Positions 44,293 to 54,537 of a DNA stretch of 64,000 nucleotides are shown one piece after another (within the stretch, counting starts at the first letter, position 1; the number at the start of each line of letters is the position of its first letter). The translations under genes and the position numbers were made by a program. Origin of the DNA: Phycisphaerae bacterium (lineage in GTDB: Bacteria; Planctomycetota; Phycisphaerae; Sedimentisphaerales; UBA12454); the NCBI GenBank assembly GCA_026386845.1, contig JAPLMW010000064.1:33427-97426 (forward strand), in the 5' to 3' direction. The notes beneath the pieces are model-generated. The model ran no database searches. It was not told the origin of the DNA and saw only the letters and a list, made by a program, of their open reading frames with translations.

Positions 44293-44971
44293 TTATTTTC
44301 CCCAATAAATCCGGCAACTTTGCAATTGAATCAATTTCGTAATGCGGCTGAGCCTGCTGTGACGGTGCTTTCCCAAAATGAATCCGTCTTTTACGCACAA
44401 CTCTGATTGTTTTAAAGCCCATCTGATTCGGAGACAAAAAATCCTTTTCAAGATTATCACCCACACAAACACACTGGTCGGCAGAAACAGTAAACTGAGC
44501 GAGTAATTTCTCAAAAGCCTTAGGCGAAGGTTTCCAGTGCTCCCTGCCGAGCTTTTCCGTATATAAAATATAATCGAAATATTTTTCAAGTCCGAGCGCT
44601 TTTACCTTCAACTCCTGAGCCGGCAGATAGCCATCGGTAATCAGTCCAAGTTTATAATGACTTTTCAAATTCTCCAAAACCATCCTGCTTTCAGAAGGAA
44701 GACTTATATCAGGTTCGTGAGCGCGAAATACATTTACCAGCTTTTCTATATATGCAGCATCAAAGACAATCCCAAGTTTTTCGGCGGCGGCATCAAAAGT
44801 GGTTTTGTGATTGCCGGAATTAAAAATTTCCCACAGGGTTTTAAAAACAGCTTCGCCGGCCAATCCAAAATCACTCTTCACGACCCGACTTACCGCAGTG
44901 AAACCGCTTCTGTAGTAGTCTATCTCATCGTAAAGGGTGTCATCCATATCAAAAACAATGCATTTTATCAC
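44282..44971 (-). CDS. HAD-superfamily hydrolase
   Basis: IVFDMDDTLYDE (DxDxT motif). The C-terminal part has the GD motif CVGDNLEKD. Confidence 0.8.
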   Translation of the reverse strand: MIKCIVFDMDDTLYDEIDYYRSGFTAVSRVVKSDFGLAGEAVFKTLWEIFNSGNHKTTFDAAAEKLGIVFDAAYIEKLVNVFRAHEPDISLPSESRMVLENLKSHYKLGLITDGYLPAQELKVKALGLEKYFDYILYTEKLGREHWKPSPKAFEKLLAQFTVSADQCVCVGDNLEKDFLSPNQMGFKTIRVVRKRRIHFGKAPSQQAQPHYEIDSIAKLPDLLGKINAV

Positions 44972-45086
44972 TTAAAAACCCTGTCAAAATCGCCGAAAAT
45001 CAAGTATGCTGCTACTGTTATAATTTTATGGACAAAGGTCCTATAAACAGTTAAACTTTCACTAACCTTTTTTGGTACTATAACTT

Positions 45087-46082
45087 ATGATAAGCTGCAA
45101 AAAGCCAAAAAGCAAGGATTTTAATATCCTGTTTACCTGCATCGGCAGAAGAGTATCCCTTCTAAACAGCTTCAAAAAAGCCGCAAAAGAGCTAAAACTT
45201 AACTGCCGATTTCTCGGCACCGAAACAACAGAACTAAGCTCCGCCCTTCAGCTTTGCGACAAGAAATTTATTGTCAAACCCACAACCCATCAAGGCTATA
45301 TAAAACAGCTTCTAAAAATTGTTAAACAAGCCAATGTAAAGCTGCTGGTGCCGACAGTTGACCTCGATTTACAAATTCTTGCCAAAAACAAGGACAAATT
45401 CGCTGCTGCCGGCTGCATTGTGCTTGTGTCAAAACCACAGGTTGTAAATATTTGTCAGGATAAACGAGAGACTTTCAAATTCCTTATTAAAAACGGTTTC
45501 GATACTCCCAAAACATTAACCGCCAAACAGGCACTTGCCAAAAAGAATCTCAAATATCCTTGTTTCTTAAAACCCTGGGATGGCTACGCAAGTAAAGGAA
45601 ATGCCATAGCCAGAAACCACAGGGAGCTTATTTTCTATACAAAAAAAATCCCAAACTGTATCGTTCAGGAATTTATTGACGGACAGGAATTCACCTGCGA
45701 TGCTTTCGTTGACTTTAAACTTCAGGCCAGATGCGTCGTGCCAAGAAAACGCATTGAGACAAGAACAGGCGAGGTCAGCAAGAGTAAAATAATCAAAGAT
45801 TCCAAAATAATACGCCGAACAACAGAGCTGATAAAAAAACTCGGTGCGGGTCCGGGAGTTATTACCGTTCAGTTGATACAAACCAAAAATGAAAAAATAA
45901 AATTCATAGAAATCAATCCGCGATTTGGCGGAGGAGCGCCATTGTCCATAAAGGCCGGTGCAAATTTCCCGAAATGGATTTTGCAGGAACTATGCGGCAA
46001 AAATCTTAAAATTAAATTCGACTGTTTTAAAAATAATCTGACAATGCTGCGATATGACGCTGAAGTCTGGTTAAAAACTTGA
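45087..46082 (+). CDS. ATP-grasp domain protein
   Basis: 331 aa. FLKPWDGYASKG, IVQEFIDGQEF, FIEINPRFGG. Confidence 0.75.
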   Translation: MISCKKPKSKDFNILFTCIGRRVSLLNSFKKAAKELKLNCRFLGTETTELSSALQLCDKKFIVKPTTHQGYIKQLLKIVKQANVKLLVPTVDLDLQILAKNKDKFAAAGCIVLVSKPQVVNICQDKRETFKFLIKNGFDTPKTLTAKQALAKKNLKYPCFLKPWDGYASKGNAIARNHRELIFYTKKIPNCIVQEFIDGQEFTCDAFVDFKLQARCVVPRKRIETRTGEVSKSKIIKDSKIIRRTTELIKKLGAGPGVITVQLIQTKNEKIKFIEINPRFGGGAPLSIKAGANFPKWILQELCGKNLKIKFDCFKNNLTMLRYDAEVWLKT

Positions 46083-46095
46083 TGGAGAATATAAA

Positions 46096-47247
46096 GTGCT
46101 TACAGACATTGTAGGACCGTATAAGGAAATAAGCTGGATATTACCATTCTGGCCGGTGTTGCTAATCTCTTTCGTAGCGGCATTACCAGGAACATGGCTG
46201 TGCAAAAAAATCGCTCTTAAATTCGGTGTTGTAGATAAACCCGATGGAACAGTCAAAACACATGCTCATCCTATCGCTTATCTTGGGGGACTTGGTATCC
46301 TTTTAGGTTTCACCGCAGGTATTTTGACAGGGATAACTTTCTTTGAACCTACCGAGATATTTAAATTATCCATGAAACTTCTTATAGGAATATTGGCGGG
46401 AGCATCGGTGACATGTTTCGTGGGTCTAATTGATGATCTCTTTAATATCCAACCTTTTCAGAAAATTTTTGGACAGATGCTTGCAGCTATTATTTTAATA
46501 GCTGTCGGAATCAGGCCAAATCTCGAGATTATTTTTACACAATTAGGCCTAACGCTACCGCCAATACTAGATCCTATTCTGGGTGTGCTAATAGTTATAA
46601 TCTTTGTTTTGGGAGCTACGAACTCTCTTAATCTAATCGACGGCCTCGACGGTTTGTGTGCCGGAGTAACCGCTATTATTACTATCGGTATGCTTATTCT
46701 GACTATTCATATTGGTACATGGAATCAATCAAGTGTTTACGATCCTATTCGTGCGATAGTCGGGTTGGCTCTTGTCGGAGGTACTTTGGGATTTTTGCCC
46801 TTCAATAAAGCACCTGCAAAAATATTTATGGGCGATGCAGGTAGTATGTTGTTAGGCTTTGTCGTGGCGGCAATGATGATACTGTTCACGGAAAGACAGC
46901 CGCTGTGGTGGATGGCATCATTAATGATATTCGGACTTCCTATTCTCGATACGGCAGTGGCGCTGGCAAGAAGATTGTTAAATAAAAGGCCTTTATTTGT
47001 TTCGGACCGCGGTCACATATACGACCAAATGATAGATAGAGGAATACCTCTGAAAAAAACTGTTGGTATCTGTTATATTCTCGCCGGTATGTATGCGGTG
47101 ATAGGATTGATAATGTGCCCATTAAGACACAGGTACGCGGCAGTTATATTAGCTGTTACAGTTACAATCTCTGCCGTGGTTATATGGAAAAAAGGGTTTT
47201 TGAAAATGGAAGGCTTAAGAGGGGCTGTAAAGAAATTGAAGAGTTAA
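46096..47247 (+). CDS. polyprenyl-phosphate HexNAc-1-phosphate transferase (MraY/WecA/WbpL family)
   Basis: 383 aa, polytopic. IDDLFNI, NSLNLIDGLDGL, MGDAGSM. Confidence 0.85.
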   Translation: MLTDIVGPYKEISWILPFWPVLLISFVAALPGTWLCKKIALKFGVVDKPDGTVKTHAHPIAYLGGLGILLGFTAGILTGITFFEPTEIFKLSMKLLIGILAGASVTCFVGLIDDLFNIQPFQKIFGQMLAAIILIAVGIRPNLEIIFTQLGLTLPPILDPILGVLIVIIFVLGATNSLNLIDGLDGLCAGVTAIITIGMLILTIHIGTWNQSSVYDPIRAIVGLALVGGTLGFLPFNKAPAKIFMGDAGSMLLGFVVAAMMILFTERQPLWWMASLMIFGLPILDTAVALARRLLNKRPLFVSDRGHIYDQMIDRGIPLKKTVGICYILAGMYAVIGLIMCPLRHRYAAVILAVTVTISAVVIWKKGFLKMEGLRGAVKKLKS

Positions 47248-47272
47248 TCCTTCGACCTCGCTCAGGACAAGG
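47248..47272 (-). repeat. dispersed CCTGAGC...TCGAAGGA family repeat (inverted orientation)
   Basis: The plus strand reads TCCTTCGACCTCGCTCAGGACAAGG, followed by a GATTGAAGATTGAAGATT low-complexity stretch. Confidence 0.6.
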
Positions 47273-48602
47273 ATTGAAGATTGAAGATTTTAGAAAAAAG
47301 AAAAACAATTCCTGTCGCTGACAAAATGCAAAGAAAAGGTATTGTCCCCAGATTATAAAGTGAATGTGTAATAAAAGTAGCAAAAGGAAAATACCAGACC
47401 GCATAGAGAATTATTCCCGCCAACAAAAACAAACCGATACGCCAGTTGCTGAAAATTCCGGCAATCGCCATAATCCATAAAAACAGATAAAAAACGCTTA
47501 AAGCCCATTTTTCGGCCGTTATAACTTTGACTGCAAGAAAAGGTTTGACAAACGCAGGAAAATAATACTCTATCGCATTTAAGACAAGTTTTTTTATAAA
47601 TAAAGCAGGGTGTTCTTTTATGTGTTCAATCATTTTTCTGTTGGCAAGTTCTTCTAGCTTTATATCTATAAACCCCTTCCAGTGAGTGAGCGTCTTTTCA
47701 GTACCTTCTATCCCCATGATTCGAAAACTCGCATCAATAAAATCTTCACTTCTTCTTCGCGGTTCAGCTTCAATCCCTGTCCAATGCATATTACCGTTAA
47801 AATAATCAAGCCCTCCACCGCCAGATACTGGTATAAACCTATTAAACACTACCCAATTTCTATAAGTCCATGGAGCAATAAGACAAACCGTAACCATCAC
47901 CATTATCAGCATGGCTAACAAATGTTTTGTGCTTTTGCAAAGAGCTGTGATAAACAAAATAAATGTAAAAATAAAAACCACTGCCAGCATAGCCGCATGA
48001 GAAAGAGCCAGACTTGCACCTGTTAAACCAATAATAATGCCTCGCACTATAAATCCATACTTTAGTTTTTCCTTCAACAGACCAAAAACGTCTAATAACT
48101 CAATCGCCGCAAAATAAGCAAAAAACAGGTACAAGAACGTTTGCAGAATCGACGTCATAGGATTTTTGGCATTCCAGTAAACCCAGGGATTGACCAGAAA
48201 GAGCAATAATGCCGTCACTGCCACATTTTTATTATATAACTGTTTTGCTATTCTAAATATCATCATTCCGATAAAACCAACGAGAATACTTTGCGGAATA
48301 ACAATAACATATCGCTGCAAGTGTTCAGGAAAGAGAGCTACCGGCACAAGGAAAAACGGATACAGCGGCGGACGATGAAAAACCGGAGAACCGCCTTTTT
48401 CAAAAACATAACCGTCGCCGGCAACAATACTCCTGGCAAGCTGGATGTAGCCGTCATTGCCCGCACCAAAATTTTTGCTTAAGCCCGTAATTGGTGAAAT
48501 CACAAAAAGAATTACACAGCAACCCAAAAGACAAATAATAAAAGATAACCAGAATGCCTGATTACCGTTTTGGGGAACAAACTTTTTCAAACTATCCATC
48601 AT
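47262..48602 (-). CDS. GT-C-type membrane glycosyltransferase (ArnT/PMT-like)
   Basis: 446 aa with more than 10 TM segments. The early loop ...GDGY...FHRPPLYPF resembles GT39/GT83 enzymes. This is tentative. Confidence 0.5.
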   Translation of the reverse strand: MMDSLKKFVPQNGNQAFWLSFIICLLGCCVILFVISPITGLSKNFGAGNDGYIQLARSIVAGDGYVFEKGGSPVFHRPPLYPFFLVPVALFPEHLQRYVIVIPQSILVGFIGMMIFRIAKQLYNKNVAVTALLLFLVNPWVYWNAKNPMTSILQTFLYLFFAYFAAIELLDVFGLLKEKLKYGFIVRGIIIGLTGASLALSHAAMLAVVFIFTFILFITALCKSTKHLLAMLIMVMVTVCLIAPWTYRNWVVFNRFIPVSGGGGLDYFNGNMHWTGIEAEPRRRSEDFIDASFRIMGIEGTEKTLTHWKGFIDIKLEELANRKMIEHIKEHPALFIKKLVLNAIEYYFPAFVKPFLAVKVITAEKWALSVFYLFLWIMAIAGIFSNWRIGLFLLAGIILYAVWYFPFATFITHSLYNLGTIPFLCILSATGIVFLFSKIFNLQSLS

Positions 48603-48612
48603 ATCAACCGGT

Positions 48613-50169
48613 TTATTTCCTTTCCGCAGTATAGGCTTCCGTCAGATTTTCCACTGCGGTTATCTTTGTCTCGTGATACTCTTCTTCGCTGTTGACCTGC
48701 CAGATATTATCCTTGCTTTTTACGCCTTTAATAATATTCTCAACCGCGGTCATAGCCGTAAGCATTGAATGGTCCTGATTGTTGTAGCGATGCATGCCAT
48801 TGCGACCGATTAAAAAAAGATTGTCGAAACTATCCGTATAATTCCTTATGACATCAAACCGGTCATAACCGCCAAAATAAGCGGGATAAGTCTTTTGTAT
48901 CCTTATAACAACACCGTCAAGTATATCCTTTTTTTCAATTATGCCGATTTTTTCAAGTTCTGCGGCCGCAAATTTTTTGAATTTTTCGTCTTCCATACAC
49001 CAAAGCTCATCTCCTTCATTACAGAAGTATTCGAGACCCAGCCAGACGGTATCCGGGTCGGCAACCATGTAAGGACTCCAGTTGTTAAATATCTGAAGGC
49101 GACCGATTTTGACGTCATTTTCCTGAATGTAAATCCAGTTGTCCGGTACGATGTTATTAATCGTTTTTATGCTCGTGTCATTCTTTATTCTTAGCTTTTT
49201 AGCCAGCAGACCTACAGTAATAAAATCTCTGTAGCACAAACCCGCCGCAATTTTCTTTACTTTATCAGGAACACCTTGTCCCATTGATTCTATCAAATCT
49301 CTCACAGGCATACTTGAAAAAACAAAATCCGCCTTAAACTCCTTCAGCTCTTTCGTTTTTTCATCTCTAACTCTCAGGGAAACGATTTTATCATTTTGAT
49401 TTTTTAAGCCTATTACCTTATGGTTTAGATAAATTTGGCCGCCTTTTGATTTTACAATATCCGCAACAGTTTCCCATAATTGTCCGGGACCATATTTAGG
49501 ATATAAGAACTGACTTATGAGGCTGGTTTCTATTTCTTTCTGACCTATTGACATATCCCTGCGAATAGCCGCTTTAATAGCATGCTTTATAGCTCTTTTT
49601 ATCGAAATCCCTTTTATTCGCTGGGCGCCCCACTGAGGATGAATTTTATCACAGCTTATACCCCATACTTTTTCTGTATAATCTTTGAAGAATGTTTTAT
49701 AAAGCTCCCTGCCGAAACGATTAATTAAAAAATCCTCAAGCGATTTTTCCTCTTTTACGGGATAGATTTTCGCTTTTATATAACTGGCTGTAATTTTAAG
49801 GGTTCTAAAAAAGCCGAGATTAGCCACTGTTTTTAAGGTCAACGAGATGGGGTAATCGAAAAATTTCCGCATAAAAAGAATTCTGGAAATTCTATTTCGA
49901 AGCAGCATTACTTTATCTTGTTTTTGAGGGTCAGCCTCGACCGGAAACAAATCAAGCCAGAACTTCATCACCCTGTCCGACTTTGAAAAGAACCGATGGC
50001 CGCCAATATCAATACGATTGCCTTTGTAGTTGACGGTCTTGGAAATGCCGCCAATATCCCCTGTCTGCTCAAAGATTACAGGCTTGATATCAGTCTTATT
50101 GAGCAATTCGAATGCCGTCGTAAGACCTGCAGGTCCTGCACCAATTATTATTGCTGTTTTTTGTGTCAT
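48613..50169 (-). CDS. FAD-dependent oxidoreductase (amine-oxidase/UDP-galactopyranose-mutase-like)
   Basis: 518 aa. It has the N-terminal dinucleotide fold [17 protein letters not shown] and sits in a glycan locus. Confidence 0.6.
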   Translation of the reverse strand: MTQKTAIIIGAGPAGLTTAFELLNKTDIKPVIFEQTGDIGGISKTVNYKGNRIDIGGHRFFSKSDRVMKFWLDLFPVEADPQKQDKVMLLRNRISRILFMRKFFDYPISLTLKTVANLGFFRTLKITASYIKAKIYPVKEEKSLEDFLINRFGRELYKTFFKDYTEKVWGISCDKIHPQWGAQRIKGISIKRAIKHAIKAAIRRDMSIGQKEIETSLISQFLYPKYGPGQLWETVADIVKSKGGQIYLNHKVIGLKNQNDKIVSLRVRDEKTKELKEFKADFVFSSMPVRDLIESMGQGVPDKVKKIAAGLCYRDFITVGLLAKKLRIKNDTSIKTINNIVPDNWIYIQENDVKIGRLQIFNNWSPYMVADPDTVWLGLEYFCNEGDELWCMEDEKFKKFAAAELEKIGIIEKKDILDGVVIRIQKTYPAYFGGYDRFDVIRNYTDSFDNLFLIGRNGMHRYNNQDHSMLTAMTAVENIIKGVKSKDNIWQVNSEEEYHETKITAVENLTEAYTAERK

Positions 50170-50182
50170 ATATTTTTATTAG

Positions 50183-51223
50183 CTACCTTGGCTGAGGCAC
50201 TTTCCAGATTTTAATTTCAGAACTGACCATACAACCTGTAGCAAGGTATTTTGAGTCCGGCGAAAAGGCAATATCAGAAACCGTAAATTCATTTGCATGA
50301 AATGATGTGATTTTTTTACCCGTCTCGATATCCCAGAACCATACGGTGCTTGCAGGCTCGGTATCTGCGGCAAGCGTTCGACCATCCGGGCTGACGGCTA
50401 TGCAGCAAATGTTCTGCTTTTGGTGACTGGGGGTATTATACAACGGCATTTCAAAAACTCTAATGGTCCGGCCTGTTGCTGAATCGAGAGCGACAATATA
50501 CCTGACTTTTTCAACAACAAAAAGCGTTTTGCCATCAGGCGAAAACTCAACACCAGTAAATTTACTATATTCTGGAAAGGTCTTTTCCCACAGTATTTTT
50601 TCGTTATTTACATCTGTTACAAAAACCCAGGCCCGGCCTTTTTCTCCCACACCGGCTATGAAATTACCGTCATTCACTATGGCAAAATCATACAGCAGGA
50701 AATCTTCTGCCCGCGTATTTTTCTTGAACACATACGATATATTTTTAAAATCAGAATCAAAAAGACCTAATTTTAACCAGTCCTTCTGTTCGCCTTCCTT
50801 AAACAGGACCGAAACCGCACCATATCGGCTGTTCTGCGATATTTTTGCTTTTTTACATTCAGAACCATAAGGTATAGGTAAATCTGCCAATTTCTTTTCT
50901 GCCTTCAAATCGGCCAGGATTAGCCCGGCCGGCATAGCTAATGGAACATATACTATTCTGTCGCCGGTAAACGGTATAACTATTTGTGATTTCGGCTTGG
51001 CAACAACCGGCCAGACGGATAAATCCTTCCATTGCCAGGTGTAAACGTAATTATTTTTTGAGATGACAGAGAGTTTATTATCAACAGTCAAAACACTATC
51101 CGTTCCTTCGATGGGTCCCTGAAGCTGACGAACAAGAGCACTTCTAAAATTGGCAAAAACCATAAAAAATACAATCACTGCCGCTATTATGAAGACAATA
51201 ATATTTCTATTTTTTTTGCTCAT
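50183..51223 (-). CDS. membrane-anchored beta-propeller (WD40-like) protein
   Basis: 346 aa with an N-terminal TM anchor. It has repeated SPDGKTL / SPDGRTLA / SPDSKYLATG...IKIWKV blades. Confidence 0.55.
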   Translation of the reverse strand: MSKKNRNIIVFIIAAVIVFFMVFANFRSALVRQLQGPIEGTDSVLTVDNKLSVISKNNYVYTWQWKDLSVWPVVAKPKSQIVIPFTGDRIVYVPLAMPAGLILADLKAEKKLADLPIPYGSECKKAKISQNSRYGAVSVLFKEGEQKDWLKLGLFDSDFKNISYVFKKNTRAEDFLLYDFAIVNDGNFIAGVGEKGRAWVFVTDVNNEKILWEKTFPEYSKFTGVEFSPDGKTLFVVEKVRYIVALDSATGRTIRVFEMPLYNTPSHQKQNICCIAVSPDGRTLAADTEPASTVWFWDIETGKKITSFHANEFTVSDIAFSPDSKYLATGCMVSSEIKIWKVPQPR

Positions 51224-51822
51224 AACTGTTTTTCTCTCGCCAAATCCCTGATATAAACGTTACTTCTAACGCCGTGGCTGTTAATTTGTGTGTTTAATTC
51301 AAATCCGCATTTTTTATATAATTTGTTGGCAGCTTCATTATCTGCAGCCACTAACACCTTAACTTTTTCAATTCTTCTTTTTCGGCATTCTTCAAAACCA
51401 GCATCAACAAGCTGCTTTGCAATTCCTCTGCCTCTGCCATCAGGGACTATGGCTATTGAGAGCAATTCAGCGTCCGGCAAATTCATCTTTTTCATCTTTG
51501 ATGGATAAAAAAGATTGTCCCATATTTTCTTAATTACCCGCGAGAATAACATTCTCTTAGCAAGCACAAAAATAAATTTGAAACCTTTCTTTAACGCCAC
51601 ATATTTATATAGCCTTGAAAGATTTATAGAAAATGCAACGAAGCCAAGTACCTTGTCGTCTTCTATTGCCACGAAGCCGAAGCTGTTTTTATCCTCTGCG
51701 ATAGCTTCATATAACGCCGCTACAAACTCCTGCCCCAAAGAGCTTATAAATCCGGTTGGAATGCCCTGGATATGCAATACCGCACATTTTCCTGCATATT
51801 TTGATTGTAAGCTGTGGATCAC
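51220..51822 (-). CDS. GNAT-family N-acetyltransferase
   Basis: 200 aa. VPDGRGRGIAKQLV is the acetyl-CoA binding R-x-x-G-x-G/A motif. Confidence 0.8.
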   Translation of the reverse strand: MIHSLQSKYAGKCAVLHIQGIPTGFISSLGQEFVAALYEAIAEDKNSFGFVAIEDDKVLGFVAFSINLSRLYKYVALKKGFKFIFVLAKRMLFSRVIKKIWDNLFYPSKMKKMNLPDAELLSIAIVPDGRGRGIAKQLVDAGFEECRKRRIEKVKVLVAADNEAANKLYKKCGFELNTQINSHGVRSNVYIRDLAREKQL

Positions 51823-51826
51823 TCTG

Positions 51827-52675
51827 TCAAAAGTTTCTTAATATGCTTTTTATGGTTGAAAACTTGAAATCTAAAAGCAATTTATCGACTTTGCCTTTTA
51901 CCGTCTGCCTATTTCTCATCTGCGATTTATGAAATTTAAAGGCTTTTATTTTGCCTTGACCAGTAAAATTGTCCAATTTCAATAGCACTATATCTGTATC
52001 AATTTCATAAGGATGCAGATAGATAATAGCCGGGCGTTTTTTTTGTATGTGTCCTATAGCCCATTTTGTATAGAAATATGGTAAGTGTCTCATGTACCCC
52101 CCACCAATACCAAGTTCCTTTATGCCCAGAGATACGGTTGACATCGGCACTTCAATAATGCTTTGTCCATTAGTCAAAGGCATTCTATGAATTTCTTTCT
52201 TGAATCCCGGCCAGCCATAACGCCTGCCCTGCATTGGCGATATACTTGAATCATAAACAAAACCTTCTTCAGCAAGAATTTCCAGTGCCCATTGAGTATC
52301 CTTGTTTATGGAAAAAGCCGGAGCACGATGCCCAATTGCCTCTTGGCCGGAAAGGTCTTCAAGAAGTTTTTTAGCATCACCTGTTTCTTTTTTGAATTCA
52401 TCTCTTGACAGTTTAAAAATCTGACGATGATAAAAACCGTGAACAGCAATTTCATGGCCGGCTCGAGAGATTTCTTTTATTAGTTCCGGGAAGCACTGAG
52501 CAACTTCGCCCAATATAAAGAACGTCGCTTTTGTATTATACTCGGCCAAAACCTGCAGAAACCAACGTGTATTCCTGACAACAGCTTCTGACGGAATTGC
52601 GTCTTTAACATGCAGCCAGTCTCTGTATAAAATACTCCAGTAATCCTCGACGTCAATGGTAAGTGCGTTTAGCAT
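51827..52675 (-). CDS. polysaccharide deacetylase (PEP-CTERM-locus subfamily-like)
   Basis: 282 aa. ALTIDVEDYW, FFILGEVA, HGFYH. Confidence 0.75.
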   Translation of the reverse strand: MLNALTIDVEDYWSILYRDWLHVKDAIPSEAVVRNTRWFLQVLAEYNTKATFFILGEVAQCFPELIKEISRAGHEIAVHGFYHRQIFKLSRDEFKKETGDAKKLLEDLSGQEAIGHRAPAFSINKDTQWALEILAEEGFVYDSSISPMQGRRYGWPGFKKEIHRMPLTNGQSIIEVPMSTVSLGIKELGIGGGYMRHLPYFYTKWAIGHIQKKRPAIIYLHPYEIDTDIVLLKLDNFTGQGKIKAFKFHKSQMRNRQTVKGKVDKLLLDFKFSTIKSILRNF

Positions 52676-52714
52676 AAAACTGTTGCGGTAAGTTCTCCGG
52701 CACTAAAATCAATA

Positions 52715-53740
52715 TTACACCAAATTACGACTGATATACGGACTAAGCAGATTTGCCATCCATAGCGGCAACCGTTTCCACAGTTCAATTTTTCTCTGGT
52801 ACTTTGGACTGTCCGGGCTAAGGATAGACAATTGACGGCCGGGACAGACCCAGTATTGATAGTGCAGTTCGACTGGTTCGGGGCCCCACTGCTGCTTGAA
52901 ATGATGTGTGTTACCACCAATCGTGCATCGCCCAAAGTCAAAATACGCCGCACCCGCAAGACAAGAATATTTTATAATTAACCAGTATAACAAATTGTTG
53001 GGACACAGATTATTGTATTCCACTAATGTTGCTGCCCAGGGGATTTCTACAAGTCCGTTATAGCAAATAACAAAACCAGCTCCAATTACTAATTCGTGCA
53101 ACCGCGCAACGAATATCCGACTATAATGTGGAAACTCCTGCAAAATACTGTGCATAAGCTCGCGAGGATAAGCGGGGGTGCCGAGTTGATGCATACGAAT
53201 GGCATAAACCTTGTAAAAGTCGTTCAGAAACTCACTGCCACCATTAGTAACAATAATGTTGGATTTTTCGGCCTTGCGCACCTGGTTTCGAACTTTAGGG
53301 TCGAAAGATTTCCAAATTCTCTCAGGGTCGGGAGAAAGGCAAAGATGCATTGATATTTTTCCTTCGCGAGATTCAAGGTTATACGGCAGCGGTTCGCTGT
53401 TACGAAATTCTATTGATTCGCATTTAAGCCGTTTTGCCAAATCCACAGCAAACTCAAAAAGAGCGTCGCGAGCCTCCGGACTGTCCACAAGCATGCCGCC
53501 GTAATTACTAACCCCCTGTGATACCATATGATTGCCAAACAAAAAACTTCGGATATGCGTCAGCGGCAACACCCCGCACGCCCTGCTGTTATCACGTGCG
53601 ATAAGGTAAAACTGTTTTTGACCGGTTGCTCGCTCAACCATTGCACCCCAGGCGGGCAGGTGACAAATTTTGGCGTCCGGCCTTTGTGAAATAAAGGCAT
53701 CACAAGCCGGGTCAGATATATCAAGAATGCCTACGTTCAC
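52715..53740 (-). CDS. FemAB-like acyltransferase (PEP-CTERM system-associated type)
   Basis: 341 aa. ICHLPAWGAMVE..., FDFGRCT..GNTHHFKQQWG. It lies next to the deacetylase, as in XrtA-type EPS loci. Confidence 0.65.
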   Translation of the reverse strand: MNVGILDISDPACDAFISQRPDAKICHLPAWGAMVERATGQKQFYLIARDNSRACGVLPLTHIRSFLFGNHMVSQGVSNYGGMLVDSPEARDALFEFAVDLAKRLKCESIEFRNSEPLPYNLESREGKISMHLCLSPDPERIWKSFDPKVRNQVRKAEKSNIIVTNGGSEFLNDFYKVYAIRMHQLGTPAYPRELMHSILQEFPHYSRIFVARLHELVIGAGFVICYNGLVEIPWAATLVEYNNLCPNNLLYWLIIKYSCLAGAAYFDFGRCTIGGNTHHFKQQWGPEPVELHYQYWVCPGRQLSILSPDSPKYQRKIELWKRLPLWMANLLSPYISRNLV

Positions 53741-54519
53741 AGATATGGTTTGTCTTCCTTAATATCTTGTATGCTATGGGAATCTTTAATTACTTCTGAA
53801 AACTGCTTCCACGCGGTTTTATCAAATAAGGTTACATTATATCTAATTTTCGAAAATAATTTTTTCATCTGTATTTTTGCAATCCGCTTACAACCAGCTT
53901 TCTCCATACCTCGAATTGAAGCAAGGTTTTTCTCTTCAACATCTATAAAAAATCCGTCAAAACCCTCTGATGCCAGTGTTTGACTCATATAACGAATTAT
54001 GTTTGGATAATTACCTTTTCCACGTGCTCTTTTTACGGTAACAGCGTTGTAAAACCATACCTGATTAGATTTAAGATTGAACGTCAAATGTAATCTATCT
54101 ATATATCTAAAGCCAAATTGTGCCCAGAAATAAGTGGCAATTCCTTTATCATCTATAATAGCAAAACATCGCTCACCCCGGTTAAATCTTCTACATATAT
54201 CAACTCGGTTCAAATACATAACGGCCAGCATTTGGCTGATATCAGATAGTGTCAGTTCTTTTATTTCAAGACTTGGTTCCGGCTCTCTCGCCTCTTCCGG
54301 CAGCAACTTCATTATAAACCTGGTCCTGTTTTCGAAAAGCCAACCAGTCAATGCAACCCAAATCCGTTTCGATAATTCCAGCCAACTATGATGCTGAACA
54401 AATTTGAGGATAATACTTGCGCAGGTAAATATCTGATTATCGTTTTTTCCGCTTTTTATTAATCGGTCTGTTTTCATCGTGATATGTAACTCTGCGAAAG
54501 TGCTGTCGGTTTCCGCCAA
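53737..54519 (-). CDS. GNAT-like acetyltransferase (start uncertain)
   Basis: The C-terminal half has VKRARGKGNYPNIIRYM and EEKNLASIRGMEKAGCKRI. The N-terminal ~70 codons have doubtful coding quality. Confidence 0.5.
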   Translation of the reverse strand: MAETDSTFAELHITMKTDRLIKSGKNDNQIFTCASIILKFVQHHSWLELSKRIWVALTGWLFENRTRFIMKLLPEEAREPEPSLEIKELTLSDISQMLAVMYLNRVDICRRFNRGERCFAIIDDKGIATYFWAQFGFRYIDRLHLTFNLKSNQVWFYNAVTVKRARGKGNYPNIIRYMSQTLASEGFDGFFIDVEEKNLASIRGMEKAGCKRIAKIQMKKLFSKIRYNVTLFDKTAWKQFSEVIKDSHSIQDIKEDKPYL

Positions 54520-54537
54520 GTCAAAATATGCCCCCTC